A stretch of 64,000 bases of DNA from Octopus sinensis (GCF_006345805.1 NC_043002.1:70928001-70992000), one strand, 5' to 3'. Counted from the stretch's first letter, positions 11,814-24,875 are shown. The notes: generated from the letters alone by a model not told the origin. Numbers and translations: made by a program.

Positions 11814-13953
11814 TCAATCTGGTTGCCGGGTAGGTCTATAGTTCTTGTAGTTCGCATACTTCATATGCATACAATTTGGGGAGTGTTCTGAGATTTTGTT
11901 AAGGAGAGGGCCTTGGCGAACAAGATCTCTAGGCTCTCCGATATGCAGAGGTCACAGCAGGTAGCCTCCTGTGTATGAGCGCGCCTTCTGTAGTAGTTTC
12001 CACTTGGTCTTGAAGGGGATGGAAATCCTTTTAAGGTACCAGATGTGGGCGGCGGAGGGTAGTTGGTTGGATTTATCCTGTCGCCGGAACGAGTGTGTGT
12101 GTGTGTGCGTACCAACGGGTCTTAAAGCTGTTTGACGTCATTCCTATGTAGGATTTTCTTTTATCGTCAGGGCCTGATCTTACCTCGCATGTATATACTA
12201 GGTCCCTCTGTAGGCAGTTGTTGTTGAGGGGGCAGGTAGTTTTATCAGGGCAGTTGCAATTGCTATCGGACGTTGGATGGGCCTCGGAAAAAGTAGGTAT
12301 GTTAAGTTTTTCACATTGTTGTTGGCTAGGTTCCTGGCTAGATTGGGCGTGGTAGAGTAGGAGAGTCTAATAGTGTTCTTATTTAGGATAGTGTAGTACT
12401 TATGTTGGGTGGGGGGGAAGTGTTCTGTAGGAGAGTGAAGAAGATTTTAGCTACAGGGTGTAGCGACCTCACGGTTGAAGGGGGGGTTGTACAGCTAAGT
12501 GTCTTCGTCTATTTTTCCTAGGTTGGCGTGGGGCTATACTAGTATAGGTAATCTTATCTTTGAAGCCACTGCGGGCCAGGGCTCGTTGTAATAGGGGGCT
12601 GCGGCCTTAAAGATATCTTCCGTGGCGGACAGGCTAGAAATTCTAATTGAGACACTTTTTACTAGGTTATCTAATATATTTTTGGGGTGGTTGGAATTAA
12701 TATCTATATATTTAAGGATTCATTCGGTTTGTGGTACGGGTAATAAAGTGAGGTTTTAAGTCGAGGGTGACATCAAGGCAAGGAAGTTAGCTTTAGTTAA
12801 GTTGGATTCTAGGTAATCCTAAGGCCTAAGTTTTTAAAGAAGGGTTGTAAAGATTTTTCCGGAACCCATCCGTGGTCCTGGGGTTTACTTGTGGAGGGCG
12901 ACGAAAAGGCCGTCATCGCGGGTAAAGACCACCGGGAGGCCTGTGAATAGGGTTTTCAGCCTATGGAGGATGAAAAGGCCCACTAGGTCACTTATTTTCA
13001 GCAGAGTCGTTAGCACCCATGCTGACGTCGAAGGGGTGGTCACAGATTTTTTGTTGATCCAGTGGGATCCGTCATAGAAAAAGAAAAGTCTTACGTGCGT
13101 GGAGTATCACATCTTGCTCGACCTCGGTGATGGAAGACCTCCTGGCGAAGTTAATCGCGTCGATCAGCAAGCTCTCCGATATGGAGGCGTAGTAATCCTC
13201 GATATCCAGTTGTAGGAATCGGGTGTTTGCTTTATCAGGTAAATCCTGGAACCAATTATTGCCTCGGAGGTCCTATTCCAGAGTGGAAGGGGTGAAGCTT
13301 CACGCATTTTGGTAAAATCCTGTCAGGATCTTCTTGCTGACGGATCCGATGTCAGACTTGGTTGGGGTAATCAAACGGACCGACGGTTTATTTTCGAAAT
13401 GGTTTTGGTCCTTCAGGGTGAAGTGTGGGGACTTCCCCCTCAGGGGGTTCGGTTCGGTCATCGATTTTAAGGGGGTGGCAATCACTTTCCCGGCTAAATT
13501 GGTTTCAGTTAGCGCTGCGTCGTCTACTTTCTTGTACTTAGCTGTGATGGCGTTATCGGCTAGTCTGTTGTAGGTGTCCGGAGTCACCGCGTAAATATTT
13601 TTGTCTTGTCGAAGGGACATGGAGGTTCTTGGAGCTTTTCATTTTCGAAAGTTCTCATTCAGTTCCGTTTGGAAAGGTAAGTTGACTCTCCTGAAATTGA
13701 TGTTTTTTATCATGAGGAAGAGGTCTTCTTCAAAACGGTTCAAGTAGGCTGTTGGTAGGAGGGGCCTTATTTGATTTGAAGCCGTACTTATCATTACTGG
13801 TAGATGCTACATCAGGATGGTCGAAGAAGAACGATCTCCATCGGATCTTTTGATGAACTCATCAGTCCGTTCTAATGAGGGCTTTTGGTACTGTTTCCTT
13901 GGTGGGATAGTAATGTTCTTCAGGAAGTGTCCGAGGTCAATTCTTGTCAGCAT
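11814..13953 (-). pseudogene. PLE ORF (reverse transcriptase + C-terminal GIY-YIG endonuclease), multiply frameshifted in this assembly
   Basis: Pieced minus-strand translation: N-terminal LKNITIPP...EFIKR.RW; RT motifs FLQLDIEDYYASI, FDVSMGANDSAE and (Y)RDDGL; linker CNCPDKTTCPLNNNCL; endonuclease LVYTC...SYIGMTSNSFKTRWYAH. Confidence 0.9.
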
Positions 13954-14085
13954 TTTTTCTTGGTGATGGTTATAAGGGCACTAGGGTGTGCTAGGATATG
14001 TAGGTCCGGGTTGATTCGGGGGTTAACCACAGTAAATAAGGTACTCAATACATAGCAGAGTAAAATTAATTTATTATATAGAAGG

Positions 14086-14136
14086 AGCTTCTACAGGACT
14101 AGAACTGTTTCATTCAAGAGAAATCTTCAGGAAGCT
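14086..14136 (-). ncRNA. Type-I hammerhead ribozyme in the upstream pseudo-LTR
   Basis: Identical to 9441-9491; lies ~130 nt upstream of the ORF ATG at 13953. Confidence 0.85.
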
Positions 14137-14284
14137 AGTTAACAGAATTGTATTGGCATTTTATACATTTAGCAGGTTTAAAAGGGGTGTTGGTGGGGGA
14201 CTTTTGGGGGTAGGCATAGCGCAAAAAATCATACTTGGGGGAGTGGTCAGGAGTCAGTGTTAAATTGATAGGAGATAAATAAAT

Positions 14285-14321
<37 letters not shown>

Positions 14322-14368
14322 AAAATATATAAAAAAAATATAAAAAAATAAAAATAAAAATAAAAAAA

Positions 14369-14417
<49 letters not shown>

Positions 14418-15165
14418 GGGGGGAATAGAGTTTTAGGTAAATAAGGAGATTCTCACTTATACCTCTACACATACACACATATATACACTCACACATACAT
14501 ATACATATCTACACATACACATATATAGTATACATACACAAACTCACTTGCATACACGTATACACACATGTATATATACACACACGACCACACATACATA
14601 TACACACAGAAAAAATATATATATATATACACATACACACACATACTCACATACAAGCATACACACACAAATCCATACACACACATGCGCACACAGCACA
14701 CTAGTCCCTATATACACATATATACACATACACACATATATATACACCCACACATACACATACATAGACATATATATACCATACATACACATACACATAC
14801 ATATATATATACATACATATATATATATATATATATACACATATAATATACATATGTGTACCCATGCATACCTACACATACACACAATATATATATATAT
14901 ACATATACAAATACAGACCCATTCCCTAATTTTAATTTTATTATCTTCGTTTATTACTTTGTTTATCTTGGCCGCTGGTCACAAACATCTTGGCTATGAC
15001 AGCCAGACCATTTATCCGTTCTACTGGAAAAAATTACTCATTCACTCACGCACCACTCATTAGCACGTACACTCACTCATTCGTACACTCATACGCATAC
15101 ACGCACGCACCGCGTTATATTCATACATACGTACATCTACATACATTCACGTATATACACATACG

Positions 15166-15265
15166 NNNNNNNNNNNNNNNNNNNNNNNNNNNNNNNNNNN
15201 NNNNNNNNNNNNNNNNNNNNNNNNNNNNNNNNNNNNNNNNNNNNNNNNNNNNNNNNNNNNNNNNN
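15166..15265. other. Assembly gap (100 N)
   Basis: Run of exactly 100 N, a typical scaffolding placeholder. Confidence 0.99.
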
Positions 15266-15389
15266 AGGAGGAACAGCTAAAATGTTAGCCCAAGAGCAAA
15301 GTAAAGAGAAAGAGATATGACTAGGATATACTATTTAGCAGAGGGTGGTGAAGTGAAGGAAAACAGAGAGAAATGAAGAGGGGATGCAG

Positions 15390-15424
<35 letters not shown>

Positions 15425-15515
15425 ATATATATATATATATATATAATAAATATAAATAAATATAGAATATATATATATATATATATATTAATATATAATA
15501 TAAAATATAGATTAT

Positions 15516-15549
<34 letters not shown>

Positions 15550-15695
15550 CTATTATATATTATATTATAAAATAATGATTATAATAACCCATTTGATTTA
15601 TATGGATCATACGATACCAAATCCTGGTGCCTTTAACTTAAGTACCATATTCATCTGAATCTATCTATATGTGTGTGTGTGAGTGCGTGTATATA

Positions 15696-15741
<46 letters not shown>

Positions 15742-16499
15742 GGGAGACCGACAGAAAGAGAGAGAGAGAGGCAGAGAACGTTTGTATCGTCAGAATAGAG
15801 ATACAACAACGGCAAAAAAGAACAAATAACTGTAACTGAAATGAAATGAGCTTTGTTACTGAAAACTGTTGATGTGTTGATAGTGAAAAATAATTTTTTA
15901 TTGAACAAAGTGTTTTTTTAGAGAGAGCATCGCGTAACGCATACGCTTAAGTGGAATTATTTATCGTTGCTTACTTGAAAATTGATATTTGTTTATAAGA
16001 GTTAATCTAGCGTAAATTATGGATTCATAAGAAAGATGTTTGCAAGCTGTCCGAGAAAGGATGCGCAGATAGAGAGCACACACATCAGAGAGGAATAAGG
16101 AGAAAATATAGTGAAAAAACACAAAGGACAACACCGACGGAGACGTGAGGAAATGTTTATAGACGAAAGTCAAATATATTTAAAGAAGGCTAAACTAAGA
16201 ATGCTATAAAAATGCAAATCACCCTTTCTTTCTTAAATAAGTCCCCATAAATTTTTTTCAGCCTGTGGAATTTACACGGGTCTCACTAGTAGGTGTATAA
16301 TATAAATGCGGACGTTTGTGTAACGTTAACCAGTGCTGTCGAACGATAATAGCTTGTAGTCTTCCTCTCAGCCATGCAATACAAATATCTCATTGCCAAG
16401 GTAAATGCAATGAAGTAATAATTTATTGCTCACATAACTTCGATGTTGAAATATATTAATAGTGAAATATTTCTTCATTATTATTATTATGGTTATTGA

Positions 16500-16670
16500 C
16501 AGGGCGGCGACCTGACAGAGCCGTTAACATACCCGTTAAATGCTTAGCAGTATTTCCTCCGTATTTATTTTCTATACATTCGAAAAACAAGTACCACTTG
16601 AGTATAATGGTTGATATTAACTACCCCGCTCCCACAAAATTTCAAGTCTTGTGCCTATAATAGAAGGGAC
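16500..16670 (+). mobile_element. Degenerate family A SINE
   Basis: AGGGCGGCGACCTGACAGAGCCGTTAAC..AAATGCTTAGC head and ..CTTGTGCCTATAATAGAA tail. Confidence 0.6.
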
Positions 16671-16748
16671 TAGTGTAACGTTTCTCGATTTTAATAGGTC
16701 TACAGATAGAAAGAATAAGTTCTTGCAATACTCAAATTTAAAGAAATG

Positions 16749-17042
16749 ACTATTTGCCAACATGTGCTAGTCCTCGATGGAAGGAATGTTACTGTTGTTT
16801 AGCCCCAGGAAATGTAATTTCCAGATGACTATACGATGCTATATCTGTGTCCTTATATTTAAAGCACCCCCATCCAGCACAAAGCAACATCAGTGGACTG
16901 GATGGGGGTGCTGAGCTCTCCTGTTCGAAAATATAAGTACACAGATTTTTGTCTTATAGCCAGCTGCAAGCGACGTTTCCTGGAGCTAAATAACACTAAC
17001 ATTCGTACCATCTAGGGTAGCCACATTATGTTAGCAAATAGT
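16749..17042. repeat. Imperfect ~290-bp palindrome with a perfect inner 15-bp stem
   Basis: Outer arms ACTATTTGCCAACAT...TTTAGCCCCAGGAAA / TTTCCTGGAGCTAAA...ATGTTAGCAAATAGT; inner AGCACCCCCATCCAG (16863-16877) / CTGGATGGGGGTGCT (16898-16912). Confidence 0.85.
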
Positions 17043-17289
17043 GCTGTTACTGAACATCTCTCTTTGAGGGATTTAGTTATAATAATGTTTCAGTATTCAG
17101 ATCTACTGCAAGAACCTGATATTTGGAACCTGTCTTAAGATAATTTCTCACCGCAATTGGAACCTGATACATTTCCCACCGTACTTAGTATCTGATATAA
17201 AGACATTTATAATAATTGTTGAGGATCATGCATTTGTCCATGACAAAATATAATCTTAAGACACAACTACAAAGGAATTTTTCAAAGAG

Positions 17290-19740
17290 GATCTATTGGT
17301 CCACAACACCCTCCCTCTATTCCAACCCAACCCAGATCCTTCCTTTGCTCCAAAACCTGTTGCCACACCTGTCTCGTAACATCTAACACCACCTCCATCA
17401 CCGGATCCAATCAGCACACTCTCTACATTAGAAACGCCTCCGGCACTTCTTCTAGCCTTATTTAATGCATCTCTGTAATAAACTTTATGTTGGTTAGACT
17501 GGCCGGAGACTAGCCGCCGGGTTCACCGAACATCTACGAGATGTTCGTCTACGTACGAACACTCCCGTCGCCTACCATTCTCGCTTGGCCAGCCAATCCA
17601 CCACAAATATCACCGTCTTCGGCCTTGCCCTACATAATGGATCCATCAACTCTCAACTCCGCCTCAAACAGCGTTACATCTTCATTCTACAACCACAAAC
17701 TCTTCCGGTCTCAACACAAACCCCTCCTCTCAATGACTATTCCTACACCTTCCTCAAAAAATACCTTCTACCCTATCTTATTTTTACTCATTTATGTATT
17801 ATTATTATTCATTTTTAAAACTTTTAACATTTATTGATATTTCACCGTTTATTCTTTTATTTTTTTATTCAGTTATAATTTATTAATTTTCTATTTGTTT
17901 CTAATTCATTTATTTCTGTTCAAGTTGCATTTGTTTATTTTATATATTTACTATTTTTCGATTTTTATCTTTTTATCTATTATTTTACTTTATTTTTTAT
18001 CTATTGTATTATTTTATTTTATTTAGTTTTTATTTAATTTTACATATTTTATTATTTTATTATTTATTATCTTTTATTTATTTCATTTATTTCTGTCACT
18101 GATTTGTTCATAAAATCTTTTCCCTTTATGGCTTTATTTTACCAATTTCAACTTATTATTTGTATTATTTATATTACCCATTATTGGTATTAACTTTTAT
18201 TCTCCTATTCCTATACCACACATCACACAACACCCTCCACACACGACCCACATATGCGCACGCATACGCACGCACGCATCCCTCCACACACACACACACA
18301 CACACACGAACGCACACATACCTCTACACACACAACTCTCTACACACAACACACATAACGCACAGACATACACACATATTCACGCACATACATCCACTTC
18401 CGCACACAAAGCAGCAGAGTGAAACAGAAATAGCTGCACACACACATTTGTACGGAAAGCGCGCCATTAAATGACACACAAAGATAAACATACACACACA
18501 TATCCATACATGTACACACATACATATACACGCACACATTCCCACTCCATCCAAGCATACACGCCAACACATACACACACCACCCTCACCCATCAACACA
18601 GCCAGGCTCACCCATTCGCACACTCTTCAGACAACGCAACCCCACCCCACACCACACTCTCTCTCACACATGTGTACGTGCATACACGTATTAACGCACA
18701 TATACCTCCACACTCAACCCACGCACATTCACACTCATACACACCCATACACACACGCACAGACATATACAGGCACACATATACATGAAGACACATACAT
18801 ACACTTCCACACTCACCAACACGGTCATACACACACACATCCCCACAGACACACACGAACGCATCCACATATACGTAGACAGAGACAGAGTGACACACAG
18901 AGAGTGGGGCACACACGCACCCATTCACATGTCCAAACACACATATACACATTCCCACTCCGTCTACATACACATGCCAACACACACACATCTACACCCA
19001 ACCATTTACACACCCTTTAAACTGTCTCTCAAACACCCTTCAAACTGCCCCCCCCCCCACTACTGACCATCACATTTGAGCACACATACAAAAATACACT
19101 TGCACATACTTCCACAACCAGCCATACATAGACCTGTTACCATTGCTTCTGATCTCTCACTACGACATTAACAGGTACACACAGACCACTTACACAAACA
19201 CATGTAAACACTTTATACCACACACACCATATACACATACACACAGTTACCACCACACACACATACTACCATGCACACACACATGGTACCGTACACATAC
19301 ACGGTATCAACACACACACATGCTCCCACCACTACACGTACAGGCACAGTTACTGCCACACACAGGCGCTACCATACACACTCACACACACACGCTATCA
19401 ACCACATACAAGCGCACACTCCCACATATACACAAAGATACCAACCATTCTTGACACTCCCCTGTCCCAGAAATCGCTTTCTCTTTGTCCATCTTCTTCC
19501 GGTCATTTCAAAAGTGTATTTACACGTGAGCTGTTGGCGATTTTTTTCCTCCTTCTTCCTCTTCTTTTGAACTTTCTTATGTTTCCTGTTTCTGACGAAG
19601 AGCTATGCTTGAAATGTATAACAACGACTCTTTCATTCTACGAGCGTCTCATTAATACGTTGTATGTACTACATCTTCGCGTTGTCATTTTTTTACTTTT
19701 TGCCTTTTCCTCCGTTTTTCTTTCTATTAATTACATACAC
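17290..19740 (+). mobile_element. 5'-truncated PLE: decayed GIY-YIG (~17340-17750), long CA-rich 3' region and terminal repeat
   Basis: Pieced translation CSKTCCHTC...LI*CIS..KLYVG*TGRRLAAGFTEHLRDVR...PVAYH...ITVFGL..LRLKQRYIF..LN; ends in the hammerhead-like terminal repeat at ~19535-19735. Confidence 0.75.
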
Positions 19741-20269
19741 ATATATATACACGAGTGAGTGGACAAACGTAAGAAAAGGGGGCTCAACACATTTAGTAGA
19801 AATTACATTAATTATTTAAAACTGTTTGATTCGGTCCCAAGCTATTTCAAGTTTCATATGCCCTTAATGGAAGCCCGGCTTCTTCAGATATCTGGTGGGT
19901 CTGCGAAACTTGAAGTAGCATGGAACGGGATCGAACTTTTTTAAAGATTTGATACATATATATAGTATATATATGTATTTTACACATCACCACCTCCTCA
20001 ACCCTTCACCTCCTTCACCTCCCCCATCCCATACATCCTCCCCTCCAGCTCCCCCGACTCCATCCAATCCCCCCTCCACCCTGCATCCTCCACGGATCCA
20101 CACACTCCACCCTAACCTTCCTACGCCTACCCCATCTTCACCCAACCATTCCTACTCTCCTCCCCACACCTCTGCACCCCCTCTTCCTGACCCCACTCAT
20201 CCCACCACCCCGCTTCCTCGCATTGTTGTCACTATACCCCCCAATCTCCCCCCTTTCAAAATGTGACCG

Positions 20270-20470
20270 CGTGTGTACCGTTGGCGATTTTTTTTCCTCT
20301 GTCTTCCCTTCTCTGGATCTTTCCTTCTCCTATGTTTCCGACAAAGAGCTCTGCTCGAAACGTTAAACCCTCCTTCTTTCCTTCTTTCCTGAGCGTTCAA
20401 TAATACTATATATGTTCCATGTCCACGCGTTGTTGTGTTTTTTTGTGCTTTCTTGTTTGGATTAACTATA
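20270..20470 (+). mobile_element. PLE-type terminal repeat with a hammerhead-like motif, ending at (TA)n
   Basis: GTTT CCGACAA A GAGC-TCT-GCTC GAAACGTT AAAC; homologous to 19535-19735. Confidence 0.6.
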
Positions 20471-20512
20471 TATATATATATGCATATATATATATACATA
20501 TATATATACATA

Positions 20513-20553
<41 letters not shown>

Positions 20554-20565
20554 TTTATACATATA

Positions 20566-20718
20566 TAGGCGTAGGAGTGGCTGTGTGGTAAGTAGCTTGC
20601 TTACGAGTCAGATGACTCCGAGTTCAGTCCCAATGCGTGGCACCTTGGGCAAGTGTCTTCTACTATACCTTCGGGCCGACCAAAGCCTTGTGAATGGATT
20701 TGGTAGACGGAAACTGAA

Positions 20719-20751
<33 letters not shown>

Positions 20752-20960
20752 GTGTGTGCGTGTGTTTGTCCCCCAACATCGCTTGACAAGAGATGCTGGT
20801 GTGTTTACGTCCCCGTAACATAGCTGTTCGGCAAAAGAGACTGATAGAATAAGTACTAGGCTTACAAAGAATAAGTCCTATGGTCGATATGCTCGACTAA
20901 AGCCAGTGCTCCAGCATAGCCACAGTCAAATGACTGAAACAAGTAAAAGAGAGTAAAGAG
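20566..20960 (+). mobile_element. SINE family B
   Basis: TAGGCGTAGGAGTGGCTGTGTGGTAAG head, GGCACCTTGGGCAAGTGTCTT, internal (GT)n, family tail. Confidence 0.9.
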
Positions 20961-21410
20961 TATATATAGTCAATTAAAAAACACCGAACAATAAAATTAA
21001 TAATAACAGACAAGAAGAAGACGTGTACAAGGAATGTATTAGTTTCACGCTGAGTAAAAAGAGAAACATACATACATACATTATGGCTGCCCCCTCGTTA
21101 TCGAGTATAGCCATTGCACCAAGCTTCACTGTTACTGGTGCTGTGATCGAATGTGACATTTTAGCCCAGCCAAAGATCTGCAATGTCTTGTACATACATA
21201 CATATACATACATACATACATACATACATACATACATACATACATACTAATATAAATACATACATGCATACTAATATAAATACGGACAGAATTTTAAGAA
21301 CGTTTTATTAGTGTCTAGCATAGGTGAAATAGACCTATTTAGGTACATTCATATATGTATATATATATATTTATAACAGTATAAAATACAATTATAATTA
21401 ATGGCACAGA

Positions 21411-21517
21411 AATTTCTCTGGAAATAGACGTTAAGTCCATCTATCCGCGTGTAAATTTTAGTGATGTTTTGAAGTGGTTAGACGGCATTAGCGTCTATTT
21501 TCAACATATAGGCAGAG

Positions 21518-21521
<4 letters not shown>
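21411..21521. repeat. Short imperfect inverted repeat before (TA)n
   Basis: AAATAGACGTTAAGTCCATCTA (21422-21443) versus TAGACGGCATTAGCGTCTATTT (21479-21500), 18/22. Confidence 0.65.
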
Positions 21522-21578
<57 letters not shown>

Positions 21579-21579
<1 letters not shown>

Positions 21580-21900
21580 TATTTATTTATGCGCCCTTTT
21601 CAAGCCTAGCCAGGCTCATGGGCCCAGTTTCCCGTTTCCCGGTTTCTATGGCGTATGTGTTCCCCCCAGCTGGAAGGGACGCCGGTACATCGCAGTGTTA
21701 CTCCAGAAACAGGAAGAAAGAGTGAGAGAATGTTGGGGCCAAAGAGTACAACAGGGGTCGCCACCACCCCTTGCCAGAGCCTCGTGGAACTTTTAGGTGT
21801 TTTCGCTCAATAAACACACACAGCGCTCGGTCTGGAAATCGAAACCGACATACTCCTACCGCGACTCCGCTGCTCTAACCACTGGGCCATTGCACCTCCA
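21579..21900 (-). mobile_element. tRNA-derived SINE, family C1 (V-domain-like body)
   Basis: Minus-strand head TGGAGGTGCAATGGCCCAGTGGTTAG (A box), GGTTTCGATTTCC (B box), body GTAACACTGCGATGTACCGGCGTCCCTTCCAG, (TAAA)n tail. Confidence 0.85.
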
Positions 21901-21982
21901 TACACTCACACACACACACACATATATTATATATATATATTATATATTATATATATATATATATATTATATATATATATAAT

Positions 21983-22027
<45 letters not shown>

Positions 22028-22308
22028 TAATTAATAAGGGTGAGAGAATTAAATACTAATTTAATAGCATATCTATTCAACACCAAGTGGCCCGGTGCTT
22101 CGAGAAACCTGGATTATTATAATATTTTATAATATATTACAATATTTATACAAAAATAAATATAAGAGAATGGTCACTATGTGGCTCATTCTAGCACTAG
22201 AAAATCCAAAAGGTTTCAACCACAAAAATACATGTTTCCTATGAAAGTCAGTACGATTGTTAGCTCACACGAACAGGGCAAATAAAAAAATAACAAAAAT
22301 ACAGATTA

Positions 22309-22390
22309 TTTTGGGACAATTGTTTCGCTATTAATGAATTAAATGTAATTTTACTTACAAAAAAACCCACTTGTAGCTCCTCAGCCAAAA
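22309..22390 (-). ncRNA. Type-I hammerhead ribozyme, unit 1
   Basis: Minus strand TTTTGG CTGAGGA GCTA-[43 nt]-TAGC GAAA CAATTG TC CCAAAA: intact core, GUC site, palindromic stem III. Confidence 0.88.
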
Positions 22391-22844
22391 CTATCTGGAT
22401 GAAATCCACTCAATCACACGCCAGATTTTACCATAACGATAAATACACGTGTGGTTCAATTTATTACATCCGACGTTATAATTCAAATGCCCTTACCAAC
22501 AGCGCGCCAAACTTTCACGGAAACAAATACTACATTTATAAATAAATGTAGCATAATTATAATTAATTAATAAGGGTGAGAGAATTAGATACTAATTTAA
22601 TAGCATATCTATTCAACACCAAGTGGCCCAGTGCCTCGAGAAACCTGGATTATTATAATATTTTATAATATATTACAATATTTATACAAAAATAAATATA
22701 AGAGAATGGTCACTATGTGACTCATTCTAGCACTAGAAAATCCAAAAGGTTTCAACCACAAAAATACATGTTTCCTATGAAAGTCAGTACGATTGTTAGC
22801 TCACACGAACAGGGCAAATAAAAAAATAACAAAAATACAGATTA

Positions 22845-22926
22845 TTTTGGGACAATTGTTTCGCTATTAATGAATTAAATGTAATTTTACTTACAAAAAA
22901 ACCCACTTGTAGCTCCTCAGCCAAAA
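22845..22926 (-). ncRNA. Type-I hammerhead ribozyme, unit 2
   Basis: Identical to 22309-22390, offset by 536 bp. Confidence 0.88.
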
Positions 22927-23156
22927 CTATCTGGATGAAATCCACTCAATCACACGCCAGATTTTACCATAACGATAAATACACGTGTGGTTCAATTTAT
23001 TACATCCGACGTTATAATTCAAATGCCCTTACCAACAGCGCGCCAAACTTTCACGGAAACAAATACTACATTTATAAATAAATGTAGCATAATTATAATT
23101 AATTAATAAGGATGAGAGAATTAGATACTAATTTAATAGCATATCTATTCAACATA

Positions 23157-23194
<38 letters not shown>

Positions 23195-24639
23195 TCCATA
23201 CATACATACCTACACTCACAGACTTTGATATAATATAATAATCTCAGAGCGTCTTCTCTGTGTATGATTTGTCACCTCGGGGTTGCGGAGTAAGACATTT
23301 GTCAATCATGGTATGTGATGGGATTAGATCAATAACCAGCCTTTGATGAAGCAAGTTGCTTATTTACATATCTATGTCTCCGCCTCGCTATATATACAGA
23401 CACGTATAAACATATACAGACACATATAAACATATAGTTTGTATTTCAAATATGTTTTTATTCATATCCTTTAAATTATCATATAGTTAACAATCGTTGG
23501 ATGAGCAGATTTGTTTTTGTTTTGCTTCTTGTTTTTTTTTAGTGTCTAGCAAATAATTTGAAACAGAGAGGGATTCTGATCTACAACAATCTTTACTGCC
23601 GACTTCTTGTTTGATAAGAAGACCTCAGATGTTGTATAAGAGAAAGTAATGATATTTGATAACGTTCATGAGATTGTCAAGTACATTAGTGATTGAATAA
23701 AGATGGAAATGAGTATGACCGTAAAATCGACCGTCGACATTTTACTCAGCTACGTTCAACAACAATGTTTTCTATTAGAAATATTTCTGTTTTGCCTCAA
23801 AGGAATAGTAAGATATTTGCATCACTTGAGAGCATTTCCTCTTACATTACTTAACGCATTCTATAACGACAATTCTTTTGACGTATTTCAAACTATCACT
23901 ACTATATATAATGGCATATTTCAGCATAAAATAATGAAGCTTTTACATATTCTATGGTATTTGACGTCAATATTTACTGACAGAATACATTTCACAAGAA
24001 TATCGCCATCCTATATCAGTTAGATTTGTTCACTATTACATCATACTCTCGTCACTGTTTATATTATTTCCTTTTACCCGGTCTCTATATTGTCTTCGAT
24101 TTCCAAAATTTTTATGACTTATGGATTTCAACATACCATTACATCTGCCGTTTTCCTTACATTCCGTTAATGCAACAGTTTGACCATTCGTAGGTCTTGA
24201 ACTTATTGTCCGTATACTAGTATGTTTAACTATCTGCTCACAGACAAACGAATAACTCTTAGATGTGTTTCAACGATTGGTATTCAATCAATGGAAATGC
24301 CGATACATAGAATTAGCATACTCGCGATTGAGAACTCTCCGTACGTTTGAAACCATTAACGTAAAAATGATTAGTAATATCAGTATGGCGTAGTGTGAGA
24401 GAAAGTTCGTTGTTTGGAATAGAAAGCCCGTTCACCGGCGTTCCACAAAGTGCTTTCCAACCACTTTCAATGTCAATGATATAATAATAGGCACTCGTTC
24501 AACAAGACACAATTGTGACGCAACGGGGGAAACATATTTGTGAAGAAAATTTCCTAATCTTTGGCACAGACAACGTGCACCACAAAACACACACATACAC
24601 ACGCACGCACATAAACACATACACACACACACACATATA

Positions 24640-24682
<43 letters not shown>

Positions 24683-24875
24683 GAGTGTGTTGGTTGGGTG
24701 TCTATGTGTGACCGTGAGAGAGAGAGAGAGAGAGAGGAGACAGATAGAGGGAATGTGTGTGTGTATATCTGTATATAAATGCATACATATATACATATTT
24801 ACACACGCATACGCAGCGCGCACGCAGACACACACACCTATGTATAGACAAATAGCAATAGATGGTTTGAGTGGA

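Larger units (their letters stand above)
9435..15165 (-). mobile_element. Penelope-like retroelement with direct pseudo-LTRs, truncated by the gap
   Basis: Direct repeats at ~9435-10528 and ~14080-15165 flank an RT plus GIY-YIG coding region; the downstream end abuts (TA)n; each repeat holds a hammerhead. Confidence 0.9.
22026..23155 (-). repeat. 536-bp tandem repeat (~2.1 units) carrying one hammerhead per unit; retrozyme or pseudo-LTR array
   Basis: TAAG(G/G/G)..GAGAGAATT landmark recurs at 22035, 22571 and 23107 (period 536); only a few substitutions between units; (TA)n on both sides; no ORF. Confidence 0.92.

Noticed and set aside
19845-19895. Minus-strand CTGAAGA...GAAATAGCT
   Set aside because: Stem III and stem I are not recoverable; at best a heavily decayed motif.
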